Source of the DNA: Vicugna vicugna
Lineage: Eukaryota
Reading direction: 5' to 3'
Assembly (NCBI GenBank): GCA_013265495.1
Contig: MU061579.1
Span: 1,733,319 to 1,797,318, forward strand
DNA length: 64,000 bases
The position numbers and the translations under genes were made by a program. The notes beneath the pieces were generated by a model. The model was not told the DNA's origin. It was given only the letters and a program-made list of their open reading frames with translations, and ran no database searches. Positions 52,801 through 64,000 of the stretch are shown here, piece after piece. Within the stretch, counting starts at the first letter, position 1. The number at the start of each line of letters is the position of its first letter.

Positions 52801-54694
52801 GGCTAGTGAGTTTTATACTATTGTTTTTGTACTTTGATTTGGTTTTTATAATTAATATAGAAAGGAGCATGACAAGACATTAGTAATTTTGAATATAACT
52901 TTATATATTTTGACTGTGGAAAAAATTCCAAGGAATCATAACTTTCTATTTTACTTTGCGAAGGCATAAAATTTGTATTGCTTGATGTTTATTATTTTCA
53001 TTGATTTTATTCATATTGTTTATAAACTGACATTGAGATGTAAACTTTATAAGTCTCTTTGTCAAGACAGAAACAGTCAGGATTAGAATTAGGGTAAATC
53101 AAAAAATATCACTTGGTGTAATACCCAGAATCTAGCTCCTTTTTCCCTCAAATGTCTAAAACCAAGTGACTTGTACTGTCTGTGATGTAGACTAGAGAAT
53201 TCTTGAATGTCCTTATGAAAGCAAACAAACAGATAAAAAGTATAAATTGTAAAACCACAGAGAAGTGATGATGAAATATTATTATAACATAAGAAAAAAT
53301 CTCAAAGATTTCGTGAACAACAAGAAAGAATTATCCTGTTCACTTTCATTTAAATTCTGATTGAGACTAATTATTATTGTTGCTTTGCAATATTAAGGAA
53401 TTGAATTGAAAAGAACACTTTATTTTTTAAACTTAGATATTAATTTGAACATTCTTTAGCTTCTCCATGTAATCTTATATTCTATCATATTTATTATAGA
53501 AAGGTATATATTTAAATGTTGTAAACAGATATTATGAATTTATTTATTCCCCTAATTATGACAGTTTAAGGTTATATCTTGAAAGTATTTTGTGATCATA
53601 TATTTGAAAATTCAAAAGTAATCTCTGCAAAATATAAAATTGTTTCTCTTGTGTTTAGTAAAGTTTGAAAATGAGTAGTTAATGTGGGCACTTGAGTAAA
53701 GTTAAAGTTTGGAAACCTGTGGATAAAACCAACTAACTGATGGCAGGCAAGTTACTTGGGTAGTTTAATGATGTAGCCTAATGTTCCAATTTTGTGATTT
53801 TGTACATCTTCTGAATACTTAACTCTTTTGAATGACATCTTCCTAGTTCTAGCATGACAACGGAAGCAAAATGAGGCTATTTTGGTTGTAGCACAATTTG
53901 TCTTTTGCCAGAAAAGGGAAGAGTAAGTTCTCCTGCTAGCATCATGAGCACAGTATGTGAATGTTTCAGTATAATTAATACAATTTTGCAATTCTGTATC
54001 AATTCAAGTAATAGAAATAATGACCCACTAGAGTCAAAATCCTAATGACAAAATTTGTTTTTATTAAAGATATTTTTATTTAATTCTATTGAATGAATGT
54101 AGGGAACATTGTTTCAGTTAAGCATTTTGGTTTAACTAAATATTAAATATAAATATAACATGGAACTTCCTAAGGTTCTACCTACTTGACTAAAAGAGCC
54201 AAACTCATCTTTTTCATATTCTTATCTAAGATTAAAAACACATACAACTTACAGATTTGCTATAGCATTTTTTTTTTTTGTAATAGTTACATCTTCCTCA
54301 CCACCATTGCAGAATCATAGATATGTTAGGGATTTAGAGACAATTTTATACAATTTCAAAGCAAATTTAAACACACACACATACACATACATACACACAT
54401 TTCTGTTAATTCCTTAAGAGCTGATAAGAACTGCTTGATCAATTCTAGTCATGAATAGCCTCCTATTTTTAGACAATGAATTGCATTCTTAAGAATATCT
54501 AATTATTTGAAATTATATACTTACACTGATTAAATATTTGTCTCCCTGTAAATAGTATATTGTTGATCCTAGTCTATGTATGTAGGGAAGAAGAAATAGA
54601 GACTTCTTTCACATGAGATATCTTTAAATATTTTAAGACAACAGTTTTGCTCATTAGGTCTTTATTCAGGTTAAATATCCCCCATCATTAACCC

Positions 54695-54855
54695 TTGCTA
54701 TACTGAAAGTACAGTCTGTGGATCAGAAGTATTACTAGTATGATCAAGGAGCTTGATAAAAAGGCAAAAAGACCCCACCTCAGAACTACAAATTAGAATC
54801 CACATATCAAGATCTCCAGGTGGTTTATATGTACACTCATAGTTTGAGAACCATG
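54695..54855. mobile_element. MER5-type (hAT-Charlie) DNA transposon
   Basis: GGAGCTTGATAAAAAGGCA, ACCCCACCTCAGA, CAAGATCTCCAGGTGGTTTATATGTACAC and AGTTTGAGAACCA. Confidence 0.8.
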
Positions 54856-54929
54856 ATCCTAAATTAATCTTCATATGTATGTCAGAGTCTTTTGAATTTT
54901 CTAAATTCCAGTTAGAGACACACAAATTC

Positions 54930-56545
54930 CTTTTTTAAAATTTGCATTTGGTATAATTTTCATATGGTTACACGCACAGATCTCAAGTGCACAGTAAAAT
55001 CAGTTATGATAAATCCATACGCCAATGAAACCCAAGCTTCCACATTCCATATATAGAATGATTCCATCACCGGGCAAAGATCTCCCACTCCTCAGGTGAC
55101 CACTGCACTGAACTGTCACTAAAAGCTAAGTTTTGACTGTGATAAACTTCATGTAAATGAAATCATTCGGTAATTGGTGCTAGTCTTATTTTTACCCAGC
55201 ATAATGTTTTGATATTCATCCATGTTGATACATAGATGAGTAGTTTGATCATTTGTTTCTATTGCTCAGTGGTGTTTCATTATGTCAGTATGACACAATT
55301 TGTTTATGCATTCACCTGTTGATGGATACCTGGGCTGTTTTTTCTTGTCTATTATGAATAAAGCTGCTATAAATATTCTTGTGCAGCATTCTTGGTGAAC
55401 ATATGTTTTCATTTCTCTTAGGTAAATAACTAGGAAGAGAATCACTGTGGCAGTGTAAATGTATGTTTAATTTTTTCAACATGTTATTATGAAAATATTC
55501 AAGTATACAGCAAATTTGAAAAAGAATCTGCAGTGAACAACAATACCCACCACCTAGATTCTAAATTAATATTTAAAAATACTTGCTTTATCACATATTT
55601 CTCCATTTAGGTATGTTCCTATCCAAGCATCAGTTCATTTAAATTTTTAATAAATTTCAAAGTAAATTGCAGACATAAATTCAGTTCTCCTTCAAAACTC
55701 AGCATACAAATCACTAAATAAAGTCCTTATTTACATTCATTTCTTTTGATATAAAATTTACTCACAATGAAACGTGCATGTACATTTGTTGTGTTTTGAC
55801 ATGTCCAACTATCTATGTGACCCAAACCCTTGTGACATTAATATTGCTCCAGAAAATATTCTCATTCTTCTTTCCAATCAAACTTCTTTGGCATCCTAGC
55901 AAATGCCAAAGAAGTTTTTTTTTTTTTTCATAGCATCAATTAGATTTTCCAGTTCTGGAAATTCGTATTAAGTGAAACCTTACTGTTACGTCACTATTTT
56001 GTGACTGGCTTTATTTATTTTCATTTCATCCATTTCAAGATTCCCCTATAGTGTGTTTGTTCCTTTTTATGGCTAATTTTTTTTATACGAATAACCATAG
56101 ATTTTTAGTCATTCTTCTACTGATGGAAACCTAGGTTATTTCCAGTTTTTAGCTATTATGAATAAAGTTACTAAACTTATCCATGTACTAGTTTTTTTCA
56201 TTAGCATGTTTTCATTTTTCCTGAGATAAGAATTCTTAAGTCAAAGTTAGATGTATGCTTAGTTTTTATTAGAAGCTGCTAGAATTTATTTGAAAGCAGT
56301 TGCAACATTTTACTTTCTGAAAAACAATTTGAGGGATCAGTTGCTCTACATCCTTACTAACATTTGGTGTTGTCAGTCTCTTTTCTTTTTTGAGTCTGAT
56401 GTGAACCATGGGTTGAGGTTCAATTCCTTTCAAAATGAATATCCAGTTTTTCTAGCACCATTTGTTGAAGGGTTTTTTTTTTTTTCACTCACTCTTGGAC
56501 TGCTTTGGCTCCTTTGTTGAAAATCAATTGAACATATAAATGCAT
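54930..56545 (-). mobile_element. Stack of old L1 (L1MC/MD/ME-like) 3' fragments
   Basis: Repeated antisense L1 3' motifs: CATTCACCTGTTGATGGATACCTGGG; GCTATTATGAATAAAG-like twice; TCTAGCACCATTTGTTGAA. Confidence 0.85.
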
Positions 56546-56873
56546 GACATCATCTTGGTTAATTAATAGGCATGTTAAAATAGTCATTGGTAACGGCAAC
56601 ATAACAAACAACCACTACCACAGTAAATATAGTAGAAAGTAAATACTTACTAGATTTTTCTTAGTCATCTTCTTATCTTTTAAAACCTCAAATTGTAACA
56701 AGTAGGTGCTATTTTTACCACCATGTATTATGTGATTTTTGCATTATGACTCCTATGGGTTGGTTAAAATAAAAAAACACACAGTCTTGGAATCTGAACA
56801 TTATTTTCCAAACACTGCAGGCCACTTGTTTGTGATACGGAAGAGATATGGAAGAGAATAAAGGAAGAGAACA

Positions 56874-58272
56874 CAGGCAGACTCAGAGGTATTGCAGGTT
56901 CGGTTCACGACCACTTCAATAAAGTGAATATCAAAATAAAGTGAGTCACACACATTTTATGGTTTCCCAGTGTATATAAAAGTAATGGTTACACTGTTCT
57001 GTAGTCTATTAAATGTGTGATAATAGCATTATGTGTTAAAACACAATGTATGTACCTTAATTTAAAAAATACATTATTGCCAAAAAATGCTTACCATAAT
57101 CTGAGCAACTCAGTGACTGGTAATCTTTCTGCTAGTGGAGGGTCTTGCCTCAATGTGGATAGCTACTGACTGATAAGATGGTGGCTACCAAAGGCTGGAG
57201 TGCCTGGGGCAGTTTCTTAAAATAAGACAGCAATGAATTTTGCTGCGGTGATTGACTCTTCCTCTGACTAATGGTTTCTCTGTATCATGTAATGCTATTT
57301 GATAGCATTTTACCCAGAGTAGAACTTTTCTCAAAATTGGAGTCAGTTCTCTCAGATCCTGTCACTGCTTTATCAACTAAATTTTTATAATATTCTACAT
57401 CCCTTGTTGCCATTTCAACAATCTTCACAGCATCTTCATCAGCAGTAGATTTCATCTCAAGAAACCACTTCCTTTGCTTGTCCATAAGAAGCAACTCTTC
57501 AGCCATTAAAGTTCTATAATGAGACTATAGAAATCAGTTACATTTTCAGATTTCACTTCTAATTTTGGTTCTCTTGCTATTTCTACCACATCTGCACTCA
57601 CTTCCTCCACTGAAGTCTTGAATTCCTCAAAGTCATTCATGAGGGTTGGAATCAGCTTCTTCCAAACTCCTGTTAATGTTGATACTTTGACCTCTTCCCA
57701 CGGATCACATAAGAACAGTGGATCCTTTCCAGAAGGTTTCAATTGATTTTGCCCAGATAGATCCATGAGAGGAACCATTATCTATGGTAGGTACAGCCTT
57801 ATGAAATGTATTTCTTGAATAATAAGACTTGAAAGTTGAAATGACTCCTGGACCCATGGGCTGCAGAATGGATGCTGTGTGAGCAGGCATGAAAACATTA
57901 ATCTCGTTGTACATCTCCATCAGAACTCTTGGGTCACCAGGTGTATTGTCAATGAGCAGTCACATTTTGACAGGGATCTTTGTTTCTGAGCAGTAACTCT
58001 CAAAAGTGGTCTTAAAATATTCAGTAAATCATGTTGTAAACTGATGTGCTGTCATCAGGGCTTTGTTGTTCCATTTACAGAACATAGGCAGAGTATTTAG
58101 CATAATTCTGAAGGGCCCTAGGATTTTCACAATGGTAAATGAGCACTGGCTTCAACTTAAAGTCACCAGCTGCATTAGTCCATAACAAGAGAGTTGTTTG
58201 TCCTCTGAAGCTTTGAAGCCAGACATTGACTTCTCCTCTCTAGTTATGAAAGTCCTAGATGGCATCTTCTTC
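56874..58272 (-). mobile_element. Tigger1 DNA transposon, 3' ~1.4 kb
   Basis: Terminus CAGGCAGACTCAGAGGTATTGCAGGTTCGGTTC; body encodes pogo/Tigger transposase fragments. Confidence 0.96.
57285..58272 (-). pseudogene. Frameshifted Tigger1 transposase remnant (DDE domain and C-terminus)
   Basis: ORF pieces VFMPAHTASILQPMGPGVISTFKSYYSRNTF, WEEVKVSTLTGVWKKLIPTLMNDFEEFKTSVEEV and [16 protein letters not shown], split by frameshifts. Confidence 0.9.
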
Positions 58273-58279
58273 TCATATC

Positions 58280-59300
58280 TTGTCTTGGTATCAAAGTTTT
58301 ACTTGCTTTGTAAAATAAACTCCATAGTATTACCTCTTTTTTCAATAAACTGGAATAGTTTATATTTTAGAGAATATATTTTCTTTAAAGATTTAGACAA
58401 GATAATTATTAAAATTATCTGACTCTAATGATTTGTAAAGGAAATGCTGATAGATTTTCATTTTCCATGGTTATTATTTAATTTTATTCAATTATTTATA
58501 ATTTGTAAGGAAAAAAACAAGGTGTTCAAATTGGTTTCTTATTAAATTAATCATTGATTTTTCTTTTAAAAAACCTCTTTTGATATTACATTCCTTTGAT
58601 CTGATTTCAGGTTTTTTTTATTGATTTGTTTTAGTTTCAGTCTTTTCACCACTTCAGGTATTTATTTATGCATATACGTATGTATTTATTTATTTTAGTA
58701 ATAAGAATTGCCTGAAGTTTGCCTATTTTAACTTTTTAACAATTAGGACTTTTTAATATTTAATTTTTATTTCAATAATGCTATTTTATTAATATTTCAT
58801 AAATTAGTATTTTGTGTTATTGCTTTTAATTTTTATTTTGAATTTAGTTAACCATGCATTTTGCATAATTACTTCATCTTAATTATTTTTATGAATAACC
58901 TAGCATGCTTCTCCGTTACTTCTATTTGCTTGCCCTTTTCTTCTTAATGCTGGATAATCTTTTTATGTTTATATGCCAAGTCCTTATTAAATATTCTGCA
59001 GGATTATTGCTGTTTCCATTAGTTATTTTTAAATCTATGCTTAACCTAATCCTTTTTAATATTACTCTTTTGAGTTTTTTCTCATCCTTTTTTTTTTTCC
59101 ATGGCTTCCTCCTGTTTTAAAGACACCATTTCCCCTCACATCTATTTCAGACACTAAGCAATATACTTTTTCCCCCCTATTTTATATAATATCTATTTTG
59201 TTGTTATAGGTGTTGTTTAGGTGCTTAGAATTGCTTTGCTTTTTCTTAGTGCTGCAGTATACTTTTTTAATATGCCTTAGATAGCTCATTATATATTTGA
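58280..59300 (-). mobile_element. Highly degraded L1 fragments
   Basis: T-rich antisense L1 composition, e.g. GGTATCAAAGTTTTACTTGCTTTGTAAAATAA. Confidence 0.45.
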
Positions 59301-59579
59301 ATATATATTGATATAATATAATGGAGGTATCTGATCTGACCCAGTCTTCCTAGAGTGTGAGGATTGCTCTCACTCTGTGCTTGGTGTTAGTCAAATGCTC
59401 TTTCTCAGATCAGTAACTCTGGAGATGTGGGAGCGTGCAGGCCCCAAAGCAATAACTGGCTCCAGTCTCTCTATAGTGTTGGTACCTTTCATTTCACTCT
59501 TTTAAAAAAGTGGTGATCATCTTTCTGCTTTCGTTCTTTTGGCAAATCCTTATTCATTTTTCAAGTACCTTTTTTTTTT

Positions 59580-60870
59580 TTGAATAATTATTTACCAACA
59601 TTGGTGAGGCACCCAGTTGTAATATATGTCCCTTCACAGTCCCTTTGTACTTTTTTAAAAATTAGTTTTCACTAGTTTTCAAGTAAAGAATATAATTATT
59701 TGTATGTTCCCCAGACTGACCATGAGCAATCTGAAGAGCAGGCCTAATCCAGTTCAACAGGCAAGGTCCAGTAGCAAACAGAATGTATGACTTAAGCAGC
59801 AGCTCACTTGTATAGATGAGATTTCAGGAGGGGCCCTGGGTCCTGGAAAGATGTGTTTCAACCACAAATGGAAGTGTGTGAGAAACCTATCAGGAAACAG
59901 AATGAAGACACAAACTACACTGAGGGGCTATGAAGGATGAGTTAGGATTTAATGGTCTAGTTATAGACAACCTCCTATATGCCTAAAGGATATTCACATG
60001 ATTGTCTGTAAACTACTGTACTGAAATGCTCCTCACTGTATAAACAGTCTGAGTTCTATAAACATAATTCTTTGAAATTCCTTACTCTCTTTCTCCATCA
60101 TTTTTTCTCTTTAATGGCAAGAAGAAATTTTTCTTCTTACTTTACTTCATGCTCTGAATATAAAACAAAATAGACAAAGGGCTCTGGGACACTGGCAAGA
60201 AAATGAGATTAGGTATTACCATTTATTGAATAATTATTTACCAACATTGGTGAGGCACCCAGTTGTAATATATGTCCCTTCACAGTCCCTTTGTACTTTT
60301 TTAAAAATTAGTTTTCACTAGTTTTCAAGTAAAGAATATAATTATTTGTATGTTCCCCAGACTGACCATGAGCAATCTGAAGAGCAGGCCTAATCCAGTT
60401 CAACAGGCAAGGTCCAGTAGCAAACAGAATGTATGACTTAAGCAGCAGCTCACTTGTATAGATGAGATTTCAGGAGGGGCCCTGGGTCCTGGAAAGATGT
60501 GTTTCAACCACAAATGGAAGTGTGTGAGAAACCTATCAGGAAACAGAATGAAGACACAAACTACACTGAGGGGCTATGAAGGATGAGTTAGGATTTAATG
60601 GTCTAGTTATAGACAACCTCCTATATGCCTAAAGGATATTCACATGATTGTCTGTAAACTACTGTACTGAAATGCTCCTCACTGTATAAACAGTCTGAGT
60701 TCTATAAACATAATTCTTTGAAATTCCTTACTCTCTTTCTCCATCATTTTTTCTCTTTAATGGCAAGAAGAAATTTTTCTTCTTACTTTACTTCATGCTC
60801 TGAATATAAAACAAAATAGACAAAGGGCTCTGGGACACTGGCAAGAAAATGAGATTAGGTATTACCATTT
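59580..60870. repeat. Tandem duplication with a 646-bp period
   Basis: 59580-60224 equals 60226-60870; no mismatch seen on manual comparison. Confidence 0.97.
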
Positions 60871-61910
60871 TACCTTTACTCAATTACATTATGAATTGCT
60901 GTGTCGGAAGTAATCTGAACAGGTCTGCTATTTATAAATGCATATTTCATGAACATTACTTGTTCAAGTTAAATTAATTATTCACAACAATATTTAAAAA
61001 TAATATTTTGACAGGGATTGCAAATGCACTACCTTGTGAACTGTGGAGAATCTATTTCAGTTTTCATAACTATTCTAATGAGAATTATTATAATGGAGTT
61101 AACTCCTGGAAGAATTAGATGTGAAAACTTGCCAACACTGCATCAATCACAATTTTAACTTTAAGCCTGTAAAATTCTCTTTAAAATATATAACAATGAA
61201 ACTTCTTTAGCTCTAGGGTTGAAAATGAACTCTGGCTGCTAAGCCATAGAGCTTAAATTGAAAACAAGATTTAACCATAATTAGCAAATTCCAGATTTGT
61301 TTCAAAGCTATTTTGCATGACTTGAAGAAAGAACCATTGTGTGGTGACTCTCTACACTCCCTTTTATTACCCAGATGGATTGCATAATTATCCCACTCTC
61401 TACTTGATTGAGTCCTTCTAGTCATTGAACAATCAAGTAAAAACAATCCAGCTATTTGCATTACGGCCTGTATTTAGAGCTAGAAGTGCCAGGAGGCAAC
61501 AGACAAAATAAACATTGTTACTAGAAAAGTGAAGGGAAATAGCAGAAAAGATAGCGAGTACTCTATTTAAAAACCATCTTATCATTGCCTACACCTTAAT
61601 TTAGATTTTATTAAAAATTGAGGGCAGGTTTTTAATTTTTATGGATTGCTTGTCATCCTGATTTTTAATACTATGTATTGTGTATCATTCTAGACATTCC
61701 AAATACAGGGAAAAAAAGAATTAGGTATAATTCATGCTCCACAGTACAGATTTTAGAGAGGGAAGAAAACATGTAATCAAATAAATACAAAACAAAATGC
61801 CATGTTCTAGAATCAAAAGGTAAAGTCTGGCATGGGAATTACAGAATAGAGGTCAAGTAAATATGGCTATGTAGTTGGGCTGTCTTCAAAGCAAAAGTGA
61901 AATAAAACTT

Positions 61911-62363
61911 CATTCTAAGTGAAGTAACCCAGAAAGAGAAAGAAAAATGCCATATGATATCACTAATATATGGAATCTTAAAAAAAAAAAAAAAGACAAA
62001 CAGACTTATTTATATAAAGAAGGCTCACAGACATAGAAAACAAACTTATGGTTACCAGGGGTAAAAGGGGTGGGAAGGCATAAATTGTGAGTTGGAGATT
62101 TGCAGATACTAATTAATATATATAAAATAGATAAACAACAAGTTCATACTGTATAGCACAGGAAACTATATTCAATATCATATAGTAACTTATGGTAAAA
62201 AAGAATATGTAAACAAATATACGTGTGTTCATGTATGACTGAAGTATTGTGCTGTACACCAGAAATCGACACGTTGTAAACTGACTATACTTCACTAAAT
62301 ATATATATATATACATATATGCGCACACACACACACGTACCAAAACAAAAACAAAAACAAAAA
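61911..62363 (+). mobile_element. Young L1 3' end with tail decayed to (TA)n(CA)n(CAAAAA)n
   Basis: Shares CACAGACATAGAAAACAAACTTATGGTTACCAGGGGTAAAA exactly with the L1 at 33125. Confidence 0.95.
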
Positions 62364-62451
62364 TTTAATGAGTAGAATGTATTTAGTGGTTCATAGATAG
62401 AATCAACAGCATGTAAACTTTCAGAGGTTAGTGATTAGAAAAATAACTCAT

Positions 62452-62524
62452 CACCAGAAATTGGCACAACATTGTAAACTGATTATATTTCAATAAAAAA
62501 AAATAATACACACAACAAAAAAAA
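62452..62524 (+). mobile_element. Ultra-short 5'-truncated L1 3' tip
   Basis: CACCAGAAATTGGCACAACATTGTAAACTGATTATATTTCAATAAAA plus A-tail; target-site duplication AACTCAT (62445-62451, 62525-62531). Confidence 0.88.
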
Positions 62525-63164
62525 AACTCATTATTTTAAGGGAAAACTAGAGAGGGAAACACAGATTTCAGTTTAGTTTTGTTTTGTTAGATTAAATTTC
62601 CAGAGTACTACCTCTAAAAAACCCTACACCCAAGTATACCAGAAGCATTAGCCAGGTGAGGAGTGGGAGTGACAGCATTCCAAACAGAGGGAATAGCAGA
62701 GGTGGCCACAAATGATGGCAGTACTGGCTTCATTGTAACAACTTTCCAAGGACACACTAAAGGATTCTTCTCCAGTATGTATAGGAATGATTTTTCCATG
62801 GAGTTTATGTGATATAATATTCATAAGTCTTTCTTCTTATTAAAATGCATTAGCATTGTAGGGGGAAAACTTGAAGCTCATTCAAAAAACTGTAAAATAG
62901 GTTGCACTTAGAAGGCATTTTTGGACTTTCAGAAATTATTTTAAAGTTGCAGTCTTTAAAATCCTCTTTTTTATGAATGTTTTAGTCACTACGCATTAAA
63001 TGACCAACTACCTTCTGGTTATAACTAACAAAACAGGGAATTAGAATTTTAAAAAATAACAACACTCAATGACTTTTATAACTAAAGACACAATATGACA
63101 ATTATTCATCTTGTTGAAGTACTGGCATACTCTTTTTTAAAATTTACAAGAAAAATAATAGTCT

Positions 63165-63310
63165 CATTAGAGGCTGGACTTTGATACCTAGCCTGCTCCA
63201 TGCTCAGTCCCAGCTATTAATACACCTGCTGCTATAAACTGAAGATTTAGAGTTAGGCATAGACATGATAAAATAAAACTTAGCCTGTGGTGCCCATAAT
63301 GAGTAAGAAG
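63165..63310 (+). mobile_element. MIR fragment
   Basis: TTAGAGGCTGGACTTTGATACCTAGCCTGC and TCCCAGCT. Confidence 0.5.
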
Positions 63311-63677
63311 TCCTTAGCCACATAATTCTGTTTACTGTTTAATAGTGTGAGTTAAAATCATCTTTTGTTCTAATTTCTATAAGCATTCATCTCTGTTAAG
63401 GCCATCTAGGTTTAAAAATAATAGCTGTCTTGTTCTCTTTTCTGTATTTGTCTTGGTTTTCTACTCTTTATATAAGCCAAAAATAAGTAATATCTCATGT
63501 GATCCTTGTACCTTCCTGCTTTTATGTTTCCATCCTCTACTGTGTAAATGAACTCTAGGCCATTCTAAGGAAATCTGAGTTCCAGAAACTGTAAACCAGA
63601 GGCACCTTCAATGTTTTCTAGGAGGTAATGTTGGTCCCTGATTTCTGTTGGGTCTGTTTCAAAAACTATCTTAAAAA

Positions 63678-64000
63678 TAGTTGATTCTCATTATCTGCAG
63701 ATTACATAATTGTGGATTTGCCTTCTGGAGAAAATTTATTTGTAGCCCCAAGATCAATTCTCAAGGACTTTCACAGACATTCACAAAGGGACGAAAAATT
63801 AGAGCCACCCATGTCCATAGCTGAGGTCAAACAAGGCTAAGCTCTGCCTTCTTATTTCAGGTCTCATCTTGTAAATGAGTATTTTTTCAGCATCTGGTTA
63901 ATGTCACATTTTTTGCATTCTGGTCCTTTTTGTCAGCAAATTTGTTGTTTAAAATGGCCCCCAAGGATAATGCTGAAGTGCTGTTTATTGTTTCTAAGCC
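63678..64000 (+). mobile_element. MER82-like (TcMar-Tigger) DNA transposon, runs off the window
   Basis: AGTTGATTCTCATTATCTGCAGATT, AGCTGAGGTCAAACAAGGC and GTTTAAAATGGCCCCCAAG...GCTGAAGTGCTGT. Confidence 0.85.

Noticed and set aside
53912..53922. Possible microexon (TTTTGCCAG|AAAAGGGAAGA|GTAAGT)
   Set aside because: 11 nt is not frame-preserving, there is no host gene evidence, and such matches are frequent by chance.
57285..57920. TIGD1-like gene
   Set aside because: Frameshifted, 5'-truncated, and embedded in a Tigger1 copy with its terminus.
60119..60138. Inverted repeat AAGAAGAAA-TT-TTTCTTCTT
   Set aside because: Short and low complexity; not at the duplication breakpoints.
59580..60870. 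Paired LTRs or a CRISPR-like array
   Set aside because: Only two directly abutting copies, with no TG...CA termini, internal region or spacers.
1..64000. Remaining 60-110 aa ORFs, and any prokaryote-style system
   Set aside because: The ORFs are low-complexity, often with non-ATG starts, and frequently overlap repeats. The DNA is mammalian non-coding with no operon-like structure.

Overview
AT-rich, CpG-depleted mammalian non-coding DNA, either a gene desert or a large intron. Two tRNA-derived SINEs of vic-1 type and three young artiodactyl-type L1 3' ends point to a camelid genome (inference). I found no credible cellular protein-coding gene, RNA gene or CRISPR-like system. The only ORFs with recognisable homology are transposon remnants: the L1 ORF2 C-terminus and a broken Tigger1 transposase. 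The window is a layered record of transposable elements: MIR, L2, old L1M, MaLR/ERVL LTRs, hAT and Tigger elements, a crisp ERV1-type solo LTR, SINEs and young L1s. The most striking structure these do not explain is an apparently perfect 646-bp head-to-tail duplication at 59580-60870, either a very recent event or an assembly artefact. Several transcription-factor motif clusters in repeat-poor DNA are candidate enhancers. Repeat subfamily names come from recall of consensus sequences, and boundaries of old elements are approximate. The sequence does not support a novel biological system.
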